DNA from: Acidimicrobiales bacterium
GTDB taxonomy: Bacteria; Actinomycetota; Acidimicrobiia; Acidimicrobiales; AC-14
Direction of reading: 5' to 3'
Assembly: GCA_025463925.1 (NCBI GenBank)
Contig: JAODBK010000049.1
Span: 111,535-151,534, forward strand
DNA: 40,000 nt
This document shows positions 17,101-24,903 of the stretch, piece after piece. How positions within the stretch are numbered: position 1 is the stretch's first letter; the number at the start of each line of letters is the position of its first letter. The notes below the pieces were generated by a model, which saw only the letters and a list, made by a program, of their open reading frames with translations, was not told the DNA's origin and did no database searches. The position numbers were made by a program, and so were the translations under genes.

Positions 17101-17568
17101 ATGGAGGGCTACTGGGGCATGGGCAGCACGGTCGCCTCGCACGGGGTGACCGAGCGGCTGAAGGTGGGGGGCGGGGCCCCGCCGGGCGAGAAGGGCAAGG
17201 CCCGCAACAAGGAGAAGGACCTGCTCGAGGGCACGCTGGGCGGCCGCATCGAGAGCAAGCTGGCCGAGTTGATGGTTCGCACCGAGGCACTGCTCGCCGA
17301 GAACCGGGCCGCGATCCTCGCCGTCGCCCACGCCCTCGAGACGCACAAGACGATGACCGGCGACGACGTCGAGGCGATCATCGAGGGCCGTCCCGGACCG
17401 CTCGTCGACGGCTCGGTCTACCGCGCGTCGTCGTTCCGGCAGGAGGCCGAGGACTATCACGCGCAAGTGGTGGCGGCCCACAAGGCGCACGCCAGGGTCC
17501 ATGTGCCGCTGCCGGTGCTCAATGGCCAGGTCCAGGTCGAGGCGATCAGCGCCCACGACGCCGACTGA
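14122..17568 (+). CDS. FtsH-like membrane AAA+ ATPase / M41 zinc metalloprotease precursor (contains intein)
   Basis: ORF 14122..17568 (1148 aa). Four hydrophobic segments lie in the first ~240 aa. The AAA module shows a split Walker A GPPGTGK/T, pore loop MFMGIG, Walker B VIVFFDEAD, sensor-1 MMASN and SRH LLRPGRIDR. The M41 HEXXH is HESCH (AIAIHESCHAVMAY). Confidence 0.9.
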   Translation: MSDDIEPVEPVDPVELIEPPEGDGLAWPDHDTGPTPPGGMADQTRKRIAFWDRIKILVAIGILWLVVFWQQLADDPILPVREAARDMLRNKWWITVVAALELVRQLHYAISERSPRWHGFWTRGVFGGFERRTGRISDWNRYRIGRAMRLLFFLAIIAVIAGAIRHETPVLALFNLPARLWHALPLFFQLIFGALFIVIEFGALFFLLSRGGVETYFPDDIKTRFSDVWGQDAVLDRVKENMLFLDDPESIERRGGYVPAGILLWGPPGTGKGQPVSADVMTPSGPRNMGDLLPGDEVMGADGRTTAVLEVHLLGERDLYRVSFSDGSSLRVTEDHLWQVHSEYGATKVIPTRDLAGRLFEAGDRPRFHIPMTKPVEFTPRELPLSPYVMGALLGDGTFRHQIGFSNVDLEILARVEAELPAGDGMVRKSAADWSIIGGATRTIVKELELFGRFSHEKHVPADYLWSSIEHRLALLQGLMDTDGHVDQRGVVEFHSTSERLAEDVRQLVESFGGTSRMTTRSTRYRHNGRQLRGRPIFIVRLALPNDVVPFWVPRKVERLRPRTKYFPKRRMLAIEPDGREEARCIKVDAPDHLYVTERFIVTHNTLMAEAVAGETGKPYVFVDPGAFINMFMGIGIIKVKMLFRKLRKLAVRYGGVIVFFDEADSLGSRGMLAPGGGFGGGAGAAPASGPWAHAPSCNGLSYVTPDTTARLLREAMPSSGDDAPRRFIDRMMPMMGGGGGGMGTLQALLTELSGLKKPRGFLNRIGRRLLGMKPKAPPKYRILVMMASNMPQALDEALLRPGRIDRIYKVGYPSKAGRMRTYEGYFAKVANNLTRNDIDKLATITPYATGATIKDLVNESLINAIRHGRDVIVWKDVIQAKQLKELGPPEDVEYIERERHAIAIHESCHAVMAYRVRKHLTIDIATIEKGGTYLGMVASIKPEDQFNNWRTEFEADILVSLASLAGERMFFDGDSSRGVSGDLETATTLATYMEGYWGMGSTVASHGVTERLKVGGGAPPGEKGKARNKEKDLLEGTLGGRIESKLAELMVRTEALLAENRAAILAVAHALETHKTMTGDDVEAIIEGRPGPLVDGSVYRASSFRQEAEDYHAQVVAAHKAHARVHVPLPVLNGQVQVEAISAHDAD
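14938..15936 (+). mobile_element. Intein (333 aa) with LAGLIDADG homing-endonuclease domain, class-3-type W-C-T signature
   Basis: Excising 14938..15936 joins GPPGTGK to TLMAEAVAGE, giving a canonical P-loop. Block B is LRVTEDHLW. LAGLIDADG motifs are MGALLGDGT and LLQGLMDTDGHV. Block F is ARCIKVDAPDHLYV and block G is FIVTHN followed by +1 Thr. The N-terminal junction is inferred from P-loop logic and is uncertain by about 2 codons. Confidence 0.85.
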
Positions 17569-17577
17569 GCCGGCCGC

Positions 17578-18432
17578 TTGGCGCTCACCGTCGTCGTCCT
17601 CGCCGCCGGTCTCGGCCGCCGGTTCGGCGGGGTCAAGCAGCTGGCCGAGGTCTTCCCGGACGGGCGGACGGTGATCGCCCGCAGCATGGAGCACGCGGCG
17701 CGCGCCGGTTTCGAGCGGGCCGTCGTGATCGTGCGGTCGGACATCGCGGGACTGCTGGCCGACGACGTCCGCGTGCATTGGCCGGCGGACATCGCGGTCG
17801 AGTACGTCGAGCAGGACCGCGACCCGGCCTCGATCGCGGCCGAGCGCGAGCACGGCCGCACCAAGCCCTTGGGCACGGCCCATGCGGTGCTGGCGGCCGC
17901 CGACCGGCTCGACGGGCCGTTCGCGGTCTTCAACGCCGACGACCTCTACCGCGCCAATCCGGTCGCGGCCATCGCCGGTCAGCTGCGCGATGGTGACGGC
18001 CACGCGGTGATGGGCTTCGACGTGGCGCGGACACTGCTGACCGACCGCCCGGTCACGCGCGGCCTGTGCCGCACCGACGCCGCCGGCCGCCTGTCGGCGA
18101 TCGAGGAGGGGACGGTCGGGCGCGGCGAAGATGGCCGCCTGACGTGGGCGGCGCCGGGTGGCGCGCCGGTGACGCTCGCCGGAACCGAGCCGGTGTCGAT
18201 GAACCTCTGGGCGTTCGCGCCGTCGATCCTCGGCCGGCTGGCCATCGCGGTCGACGAGTTCATGGCATCCGGGCGGGTCGCGAGCGGCGACGAGGTGCTC
18301 CTGCCGAGCGTGGTCGGCCGGATGGTGGCCGACGAGCCGGTCCGGGTGTTGCGCACCGGCGAATCGTGCCTCGGCGTCACGTACCGGGAGGACATCCCGT
18401 TGCTGGTCGAAGCGCTGGCTTCGGAGCGCTGA
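17578..18432 (+). CDS. Sugar-1-phosphate nucleotidyltransferase-like protein
   Basis: ORF 17578..18432 (TTG start, 9 nt after the ftsH-like stop). N-terminal VVVLAAGLGRRFGG (GxGxR nucleotide loop), plus KPLGTAHAV and FNADDLY. Confidence 0.75.
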   Translation: MALTVVVLAAGLGRRFGGVKQLAEVFPDGRTVIARSMEHAARAGFERAVVIVRSDIAGLLADDVRVHWPADIAVEYVEQDRDPASIAAEREHGRTKPLGTAHAVLAAADRLDGPFAVFNADDLYRANPVAAIAGQLRDGDGHAVMGFDVARTLLTDRPVTRGLCRTDAAGRLSAIEEGTVGRGEDGRLTWAAPGGAPVTLAGTEPVSMNLWAFAPSILGRLAIAVDEFMASGRVASGDEVLLPSVVGRMVADEPVRVLRTGESCLGVTYREDIPLLVEALASER

Positions 18433-18434
18433 GA

Positions 18435-19376
18435 TTGGAGCCGTACGGCGACGGTCACATCCACGACACGTACCTCGACGTCACGCCCGACGGCCGGGTG
18501 CTGATCCAGCGGCTCAACACCGACGTGTTCGCCGACCCGGGCGCGCTGATGCGCAACGTCTTCACCGTCGTCGACCACGTCCGCCCGCCGTTCACGGTCT
18601 TCCGCAACTGGACCGATCGCGCCGGCGTGACGTGGCGCGCCATCTCGTTTGTCGAGGGCACGCGGGCGCCCGACCCGGTGGTGACGGTGATCGACGCCGG
18701 CGCCGTCGGGCGCGCCATCGGCGCGTTCCACGGCGCCGTGGCCGACCTCGACCCCGACTGGCTCGAGGTCCTGTTGCCGGGCTTCCACGACCCGGCGGCG
18801 CGGTGGCGCGAGCTCGAGCGGGTCGCCGCCGCGAGCGAGCGGGCTGACGCGACGGAGGAGCTCGACCGGCTGGCGGCGCACCGCCACCTCGCCCACGTGC
18901 CCACGGCGTGGCTGCCGCCAGCCGTGCCCGTTCGGGTCGCCCACTTCGACGCGAAGGCGGCCAACGTGCTGCTGGACGTCGAGACCGGAGCGCCGGTGAC
19001 GGTCGTCGACCTCGACACCGTGATGCCGGGGTCGTGGCTCTGGGACATCGGCGACATGGTGCGCAGCACCGCGGCGACGGCGGTCGAGGACGATCCGCAC
19101 GGCATGGCGATGGATCCCGAGAAGTGGCATGCCGTGGTGTCCGGCTACCTCCACGTCGCCGGCGATCTGCTGACCGACGCCGAGCGGGAAGCCATTCCGG
19201 ACGCCGGACCGGCGGTGACGTGGGAGCAGGCGGTGCGGTTCCTCACCGACCATCTGGCCGGCGACACCTACTACCGGGTGACCCGGCCCGGTCACAACCT
19301 CCTCCGGGCCCGCGCGCAGCTCGCGTTGCTCGAGTCCATGGAGGCGCAGCGGTCGGCCATGATGCTGCCCCGATGA
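18435..19376 (+). CDS. NahK-like anomeric sugar kinase (APH fold)
   Basis: In-frame part of ORF 18066..19376. LEPYGDGHIHDTY resembles the EPYGDGHINTTY loop of N-acetylhexosamine 1-kinase. The catalytic loop is HFDAKAANVLLD (HxDxKxxN) and the metal site is VVDLDTV. The TTG 18435 start, 3 nt after the previous stop, is a guess. Confidence 0.7.
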   Translation: MEPYGDGHIHDTYLDVTPDGRVLIQRLNTDVFADPGALMRNVFTVVDHVRPPFTVFRNWTDRAGVTWRAISFVEGTRAPDPVVTVIDAGAVGRAIGAFHGAVADLDPDWLEVLLPGFHDPAARWRELERVAAASERADATEELDRLAAHRHLAHVPTAWLPPAVPVRVAHFDAKAANVLLDVETGAPVTVVDLDTVMPGSWLWDIGDMVRSTAATAVEDDPHGMAMDPEKWHAVVSGYLHVAGDLLTDAEREAIPDAGPAVTWEQAVRFLTDHLAGDTYYRVTRPGHNLLRARAQLALLESMEAQRSAMMLPR

Positions 19377-20227
19377 CGACCCTCGAACGGCTCGACGCCG
19401 GCCACACCGACGCCATCGCCGGGCTCTGCGCGCGCTCGATGGCGCGCCCGCCGACCGCCGACGAGCTGGCGGGCGGGCTGTGGGCGCCCGACCAACCGGC
19501 AGTCGTGCGTGGCGACCCCGATGTCGGCGTCGTCGTCACCGTCACGGGGCAGGTGAGCGACGCGCCCCGGGAGGGCTACGTGCGGCTGCTCGTCGTCGAT
19601 CCGGCGCACCGAGGCAAGGGCCATGGCCGGGCACTGCTCGCCGCCGCGGAGGCCGACTCGCTGGGCGCCGGCGCGACCCGCGTCACCGTCGGCGCCGACG
19701 CGCCGTACTACCTGTTTCCCGGCGTCGAGACGACCGAGACCGCGATGCTCTGCCTGCTCGAGCGCTGCCGGTACCAGCGGCACGAGGCGAACTTCAACGT
19801 CACGGTCGACCTGACCAAGCTGGCGGACCCCGCCGATCTCCCGCCGGGCGCCGGCCCGACGATCGCGACAGCGGACGAGCGCGGCGAGGTCGCGGCGTGG
19901 ATGGCGGAGCACTGGCGCAACTGGGCGCCGGAGGTGCTGCGGGCTCTCGACAAGGGAACGTTGCTGATCGCGCGCGACGACGACGGCATCTCCGGCTTCT
20001 GCGCGTGGGACGTCAACCGCGCCGGCCTGCTCGGTCCGGTGGCAGTGCGGCCGGGCAGCATCGGCCGGGGGACCGGCGTGCCGTTGCTCATGGGCGCGCT
20101 GCATCGCATCCGCGACGCCGGGGCTGACGTCGTCGAGGTCTCCTGGGTCGGTCCGCTGGTCCCGTACGCGCGTGCCGGTGGCGAGGTCGGCCGGGTGTTC
20201 TTCGTGTACCGGAAGCAGCTGGCGTGA
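19373..20227 (+). CDS. Tandem-GNAT acetyltransferase
   Basis: In-frame part of ORF 18908..20227. ATG 19373 overlaps the previous stop (ATGA). Two acetyl-CoA-binding style motifs are present: VVDPAHRGKGHGRALL and VRPGSIGRGTGVPLL. Confidence 0.75.
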   Translation: MTTLERLDAGHTDAIAGLCARSMARPPTADELAGGLWAPDQPAVVRGDPDVGVVVTVTGQVSDAPREGYVRLLVVDPAHRGKGHGRALLAAAEADSLGAGATRVTVGADAPYYLFPGVETTETAMLCLLERCRYQRHEANFNVTVDLTKLADPADLPPGAGPTIATADERGEVAAWMAEHWRNWAPEVLRALDKGTLLIARDDDGISGFCAWDVNRAGLLGPVAVRPGSIGRGTGVPLLMGALHRIRDAGADVVEVSWVGPLVPYARAGGEVGRVFFVYRKQLA

Positions 20228-21942
20228 ACCTGCTGCCGTTGCCGCGGCGGGTCGACGTCGACGAGCTGACGCTCGTGCCGGCAGGGGAGTTGCGCATCAC
20301 GATCGACGACGTGCTCCCGCCGCAGGGCTACCGCATGTGGATCCGGGACCGCGGCGTCGACATCGACGCCGGCGACGAAGCGGGCGCGTTCTACGCCGGG
20401 TGCACGCTCGACCAGCTCCTGACGATCCACGGTGGCCGCCTTCCGGTCGGCGCCATCGAGGACTGGCCCGACCTCCCCGTGCGAGGCGTGATGCTCGACA
20501 TCTCTCGCGACAAGGTGCCGACCCTCGAGACGGTGATGGCACTCGTGGAGCGGTTGGCGTCGTGGAAGGTCAACCACGTCGAGCTCTACATGGAGCACAC
20601 CTTCCGGTACACCGGCCACACCGAGGTGTGGGCCGAGGCCAGCCCGTTCAGCGCGCTCGAGATCCGCCAACTCGACGAGTTCTGCCGCGACCGCCACGTC
20701 GAGCTGACACCGAACCAGAACTGCCTCGGCCACTGGGAACGGTGGTTGAAGTTCGACGAGTACCGGCCGCTGGCATTGTCACCGGGCGGGTTCACGGATC
20801 AACGCGGCCGGCATCGCGCGCCGACGACCATCGACCCGACGAACCCGGGCGCGCTGGCCCTCGTCCGGGAGCTGCTCGCGCAGCTCCTCCCGAACTTCAC
20901 CAGCCCGCGCATGCACGTCGGCCTCGACGAGCCGTGGGAGCTGCCGGCCGAGCGCATCGACGACTACCTCGCGTGGCTCACGACGCTGCGGTCGCTGCCC
21001 GAGCTCGACGGTCGGGAGATGCTCGTGTGGGGCGACATCCTGGCGGCCCGGCCCGATCGGCTGGCGCGGGTGCCCGACGGGGTCACGATCTGCGAGTGGG
21101 GCTACGACGACTGGCATCCGTTCGACGAGCGGTGCGCGGCCTATGCCGCCGCGGGGGTGCCGTTCTGGGTCGCGCCGGGGACGTCGAGCTGGCTGACGAT
21201 CCTCGGCCGCTGGACGAACATGATGGGCGACAACCGCGTGGCCGCCGAAGCCGCCGTCGCGCATGGTGGCAGGGGTTTCCTCAACACCGACTGGGGCGAC
21301 CAGGGCCACCTTCAGTACCTGCCGGTCAGCGAACCGGGATTCGCGTACGGCGCCGCGGTGTCGTGGTGCCTCGAGTCCAATCGGGACCTCGACCTCGAGG
21401 CGGCGTTGTCGGTGCACGCGTTCGGCGACCCCACCGGTGAGATCGGCGCCGCGTTGCACCGGCTGGCCGACGTGCACACCCTCATCACCCCGCAGTTCCC
21501 GAACATGTCGACGCTCGTCGCCCACCTGTACTTCCCGCAGATGCAGGTCGGGCGGACGTTCACCGAGGGGCTGACGGCGGCCGAGCTCGACCGGGTCGAC
21601 ACCGCGCTCGACGAGGCGCTGGCCGAGCTCGATCGGGCCCGCCCGGCGCGGGCCGACGGCCCGCTGGTCCTCGACGAGCTGCGGGCCGGCGCCGCGATCG
21701 TGCGGCTCGCGGTCCACGACGCGCGGGCGCGGATCACCGAGGGCGACGGCTGGCTGGCGTCCGTCCCGGAGTGGACGCGGCTGGCCCTCGCCGACGAGCT
21801 GGCGCCGCTCATCGACGAGCACCGCCGGCTGTGGCTGGCCCGAAACCGGCCCGGAGGCCTCGACGACAGCTGCGCGTGGCTGCACCATGTGCTCGAGTGC
21901 TATCGGTCGGGCGAGGCGCCGTGGGGATGGGGCGGCTGGTGA
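20224..21942 (+). CDS. GH20-type beta-N-acetylhexosaminidase-like protein, no signal peptide
   Basis: ORF 20224..21942 (GTGA overlap). VRGVMLDISRDKVP and the H-x-G-x-D-E catalytic pair in MHVGLDEPWE match the GH20 catalytic domain. Confidence 0.7.
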   Translation: MNLLPLPRRVDVDELTLVPAGELRITIDDVLPPQGYRMWIRDRGVDIDAGDEAGAFYAGCTLDQLLTIHGGRLPVGAIEDWPDLPVRGVMLDISRDKVPTLETVMALVERLASWKVNHVELYMEHTFRYTGHTEVWAEASPFSALEIRQLDEFCRDRHVELTPNQNCLGHWERWLKFDEYRPLALSPGGFTDQRGRHRAPTTIDPTNPGALALVRELLAQLLPNFTSPRMHVGLDEPWELPAERIDDYLAWLTTLRSLPELDGREMLVWGDILAARPDRLARVPDGVTICEWGYDDWHPFDERCAAYAAAGVPFWVAPGTSSWLTILGRWTNMMGDNRVAAEAAVAHGGRGFLNTDWGDQGHLQYLPVSEPGFAYGAAVSWCLESNRDLDLEAALSVHAFGDPTGEIGAALHRLADVHTLITPQFPNMSTLVAHLYFPQMQVGRTFTEGLTAAELDRVDTALDEALAELDRARPARADGPLVLDELRAGAAIVRLAVHDARARITEGDGWLASVPEWTRLALADELAPLIDEHRRLWLARNRPGGLDDSCAWLHHVLECYRSGEAPWGWGGW

Positions 21943-22400
21943 TGCGCCGCGCCGTGGGGCTGGCCGCCCTCGTCGCGCTGGTCGCCGGAGTCGGCTGGCT
22001 CACTGTCACCGGCGGCGCGACGGCGGGTGCCGCGCCCGGCGCCCCACGCACGGATCCGACGGCCGCGGCACCGACGCTCGTCGACACCACCAAACCGGTG
22101 GTCACGACGATCGTCCCGACGACCAAGGCGGTCACGACGACGAAACCCCCGCCGGCCGCCACCGCGCCGCCCCGGGTGTTGCCGCGCCCGACCTCATCCG
22201 TGCCGAAGGCGACGACCTCCGCCCCGCCGATCACCTTCCCGACGGCGCCGACCGACCCGCCGACATTGCCGCTTCCCGCCGGCATCACGAGCAATGGCGA
22301 AGGCCACATGGCGAGGTGGCCGGCGGCGCTGTCGGTGCTCGGCGTCGCGATGTTCGTCGCGATCCTGGGTGGCCACTACTGGCGGAGCCGCCCGCGCTGA
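21942..22400 (+). CDS. Pro/Thr-rich membrane-anchored protein
   Basis: In-frame part of ORF 21771..22400. ATG 21942 overlaps the GH20 stop (TGATG). N-terminal hydrophobic segment AVGLAALVALVAGVGWL, then a PT-rich linker, then a C-terminal TM ALSVLGVAMFVAILGG followed by RSRPR. Confidence 0.55.
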   Translation: MRRAVGLAALVALVAGVGWLTVTGGATAGAAPGAPRTDPTAAAPTLVDTTKPVVTTIVPTTKAVTTTKPPPAATAPPRVLPRPTSSVPKATTSAPPITFPTAPTDPPTLPLPAGITSNGEGHMARWPAALSVLGVAMFVAILGGHYWRSRPR

Positions 22401-22401
22401 T

Positions 22402-23169
22402 CTACAGGCCGGCGCGGCCGTCCCAGAGCTTGACCCCGCCGGTGATGCCCGCGGTGTTGGGCACGATCTCCACGTCGTCGGGCAGGTCGATGGTGATCTT
22501 CTTGGCGTTGCCGCCGCCGATGTAGAGGCGGTCGAAGAAGGTGAGGCCTTGCAGCGTGTCGATGGCGATCTCGACACGCGTGCTCCAGTGCTTGTCGCCG
22601 ATCTGCTTGCGCGCCAGGTTGCCGAGTTGCTCGTTGTACGTCTCACCCTTCCGGAACGGGTGGTGGGCGATCTCGAGGTGCGGGGCGAGGCGCCCGTCGT
22701 GGAACAGCGCGGTGCCGAATCCCGTCCCGAGGGTGATCACCATCTCGAGCCCCGTGCCGCTGATGACCGCCAACCCCTGCATGTCGGCGTCGTTGACGAC
22801 CTTGGCCGGCGCGCCGAGCGCCTCGGTGAGCGCGGCCGCGAGGTCGAAGCCCCGCCAGAGGCGTTGGTGGTCCTTCGAGATCTTGGTTCCGGGACCGGCC
22901 TCGGTCTCGAAGTGTGGCGCCGACAGGATGCGGCCGGACCGCACCATGCCGGGGAAGCCGGCCGACGCCCGCTCGTACGGCTCGAGCGGCTCGGCGAGGT
23001 CGACCAGCTGGTCGATGAGGCTCGGTGGTGTGCACGGGTACCGGGTCTCGACGCGGGCGCGGTCGGTGAGCATCTCGCCCCGCGTGTCGAGCACCGCGGC
23101 CTTGAGGCCGCTGCCGCCGACGTCGATCGAGAGTGTCCGGGCCGTGTCCCCTTGAGCCATTCGGCTCAC
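22402..23169 (-). CDS. ppgK: Polyphosphate/ATP glucokinase (ROK family)
   Basis: ORF 22402..23169. LSIDVGGSGLKAAVLD, AKVVNDADMQGLA and ITLGTGFGTALF are ROK/PpgK signatures. Start is either GTG 23169 or ATG 23160. The stop lies 1 nt from the convergent gene's stop. Confidence 0.85.
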   Translation of the reverse strand: MSRMAQGDTARTLSIDVGGSGLKAAVLDTRGEMLTDRARVETRYPCTPPSLIDQLVDLAEPLEPYERASAGFPGMVRSGRILSAPHFETEAGPGTKISKDHQRLWRGFDLAAALTEALGAPAKVVNDADMQGLAVISGTGLEMVITLGTGFGTALFHDGRLAPHLEIAHHPFRKGETYNEQLGNLARKQIGDKHWSTRVEIAIDTLQGLTFFDRLYIGGGNAKKITIDLPDDVEIVPNTAGITGGVKLWDGRAGL

Positions 23170-23293
23170 GATATTGCCGCAACGCCGACGTGGCCGAGGT
23201 CACGTCGACCGCGGCGGTCGACACCGGTACGGTGAAGCGGTGGGCTGGAAGGCGCACCCGTGCGACGGACTGGTGGAACGGGTCGGCCGGACG

Positions 23294-24784
23294 ATGGGCA
23301 TCTGCCTGTTCCTCGCCAACGTCGTCGGGGCGGTCGTGGAATTCGGGTACGGGCAGCTGGCGTTCAACGCCGGCTCGCGTGCCTGCGTCTCGTGCCACAA
23401 CGCGCCCGCCTTGTTGCACGACGCGCCGCTGGCGGCGATGTACTTCGCCCTCGCGAGCCTGGTCATCGGGTGGTGGGCCGAGCGCTCGTACATGGCGTCA
23501 GTGGCCTGGATCGACGAGGGCCGCGTCCCGTCGGACGCCGAGCGCGACGGCCTGCTCCGTCAGCCGTGGCGACTGGCAAAGGGCGCGTTCCTGGCGTGGC
23601 TGGGCGCGGCGTTGCTCTTCGGCATCGGGAGTGTGGCGTTCTACGGCCGGCCGGTGAGCCACGGCGCCCGCGTCGGGCTCGACATCGTCGTCGGCGGCCT
23701 CACCACCGCAGCTCTGGCCAACCTCCTCGTCGAGCGGGCCTTCCGGCCGGTGTTCGCCGCAGCGCTGGTCGGCGCACCGTCCACCCGCACCACGACGTTC
23801 ACGATCCGACGGCGGTTGCTCCGGGCGTGGGTGCTGGGGTCGGGCATCCCGCTGGCGGGCGTCGCGCTCGTCCCGGCGCTGGCCGAGGGCGGGAGCGACC
23901 GCCGCATCGTCCTGCTGATGACCGTGCTCGCGGCCATCGGGCTGATCGGCGGCCTGGCGACGATCGCCGTCGCGGCCGAGTCGGTGGCCGATCCGCTGCA
24001 GAGCGTCCGCGCCGGCATGGCCGAGGTTGAGAGCGGCGACCTCACCGCGGCGGTCGTCGTCGATGACGGCGGCGAGGTCGGCCTCCTCCAGAGCGGCTTC
24101 AACGCGATGGCCGCCGGTCTGCGCGATCGCCAGGAGCTGCAGGACCTGTTCGGCCGCCACGTCGGCGCCGAGGTGGCGCGCCGCGCGCTGGCCGGTGGGG
24201 TGAGCTTGGGCGGCGAGCAGCGCGATGTGACGCTGTTGTTCGTCGACATGATCGGGTCGACCGCGCTGGCCGAGGAGCGGCCGGCAACCGAGGTGTTGGC
24301 GGTCCTCAACGCGTTCTTCGCGGCGGCGGTGGACGTGGTCGGTGCCGAGGGCGGCTGGGTCAACAAGTTCGAGGGTGACGCCGCGCTCGCCGTCTTCGGC
24401 GCACCGGGCGACCAGCCCGACCATGCGGTCCGAGCGCTGCGGGCGGCGCGCGCGTTGCGGGCCGCGCTCGACGACCTCGCGGCGGCCCACCCCGGGCTCG
24501 ACGCCGGCATCGGGGTGTCGTCGGGCGTGGTGGCGGCCGGGAACGTGGGCGCCGAGGAGCGGTACGAGTACACCGTCATCGGCGACCCGGTGAACGAAGC
24601 CGCCCGGCTGACGGAACGGGCCAAGCTCGAGCCCGGGCGGGTGCTGGTCGCGGGGAGCACACTCGCCCGAGCCCGGTCCGAGGCGCGGCACTGGCGCGAG
24701 GCCGGGTTGGTCGAGCTGCGCGGCCGGCTGCGGCCCACGCAGGTCTACGTCCCGGTCGACGCGCCGATCGTGGCTCCGGCCTGA
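23294..24784 (+). CDS. Membrane adenylate/guanylate cyclase, TM-HAMP-class III cyclase
   Basis: ORF 23174..24784. Hydrophobic N-terminal half, HAMP (LQSVRAGMAEVESGDL...GFNAMAAGLRDRQ) and cyclase core (VTLLFVDMIGSTALAE, NKFEGDAALAVFGAP, YTVIGDPVNEAARL). Start is uncertain; ATG 23294 was chosen. Confidence 0.85.
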   Translation: MGICLFLANVVGAVVEFGYGQLAFNAGSRACVSCHNAPALLHDAPLAAMYFALASLVIGWWAERSYMASVAWIDEGRVPSDAERDGLLRQPWRLAKGAFLAWLGAALLFGIGSVAFYGRPVSHGARVGLDIVVGGLTTAALANLLVERAFRPVFAAALVGAPSTRTTTFTIRRRLLRAWVLGSGIPLAGVALVPALAEGGSDRRIVLLMTVLAAIGLIGGLATIAVAAESVADPLQSVRAGMAEVESGDLTAAVVVDDGGEVGLLQSGFNAMAAGLRDRQELQDLFGRHVGAEVARRALAGGVSLGGEQRDVTLLFVDMIGSTALAEERPATEVLAVLNAFFAAAVDVVGAEGGWVNKFEGDAALAVFGAPGDQPDHAVRALRAARALRAALDDLAAAHPGLDAGIGVSSGVVAAGNVGAEERYEYTVIGDPVNEAARLTERAKLEPGRVLVAGSTLARARSEARHWREAGLVELRGRLRPTQVYVPVDAPIVAPA

Positions 24785-24802
24785 TCAATCCGGCTTGATC
24801 AA

Positions 24803-24828
24803 TCCCGCGCGAGCGCCGTCTCGCGGGA
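24803..24828 (+). terminator. Hairpin downstream of the cyclase gene
   Basis: tcccgcg-(12 nt)-cgcggga, a 7-bp GC-rich stem starting 19 nt after the stop. No U-tract. Confidence 0.4.
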
Positions 24829-24903
24829 CGCTGACACCGGTGGCCGGCATGGGCGGGGGCGATTGCATACACTTCGGCGCAGTCGCCATCTCAGGGGGAA
24901 CTG

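Noticed and set aside
14053-18003. Long minus-strand ORFs 14053..15933 (626 aa) and 16117..18003 (628 aa), antisense to the FtsH-like gene
   Set aside because: They are low-complexity Arg/Asp/Pro-rich translations fully antisense to an ORF with AAA, intein and M41 motifs. I treat them as GC-driven artefacts.
22027-22300. Repetitive-looking DNA (ggtcacgacga... recurrences) in the Pro/Thr-rich gene
   Set aside because: It is explained by biased PT-rich coding sequence. No regular period or spacer structure is present.
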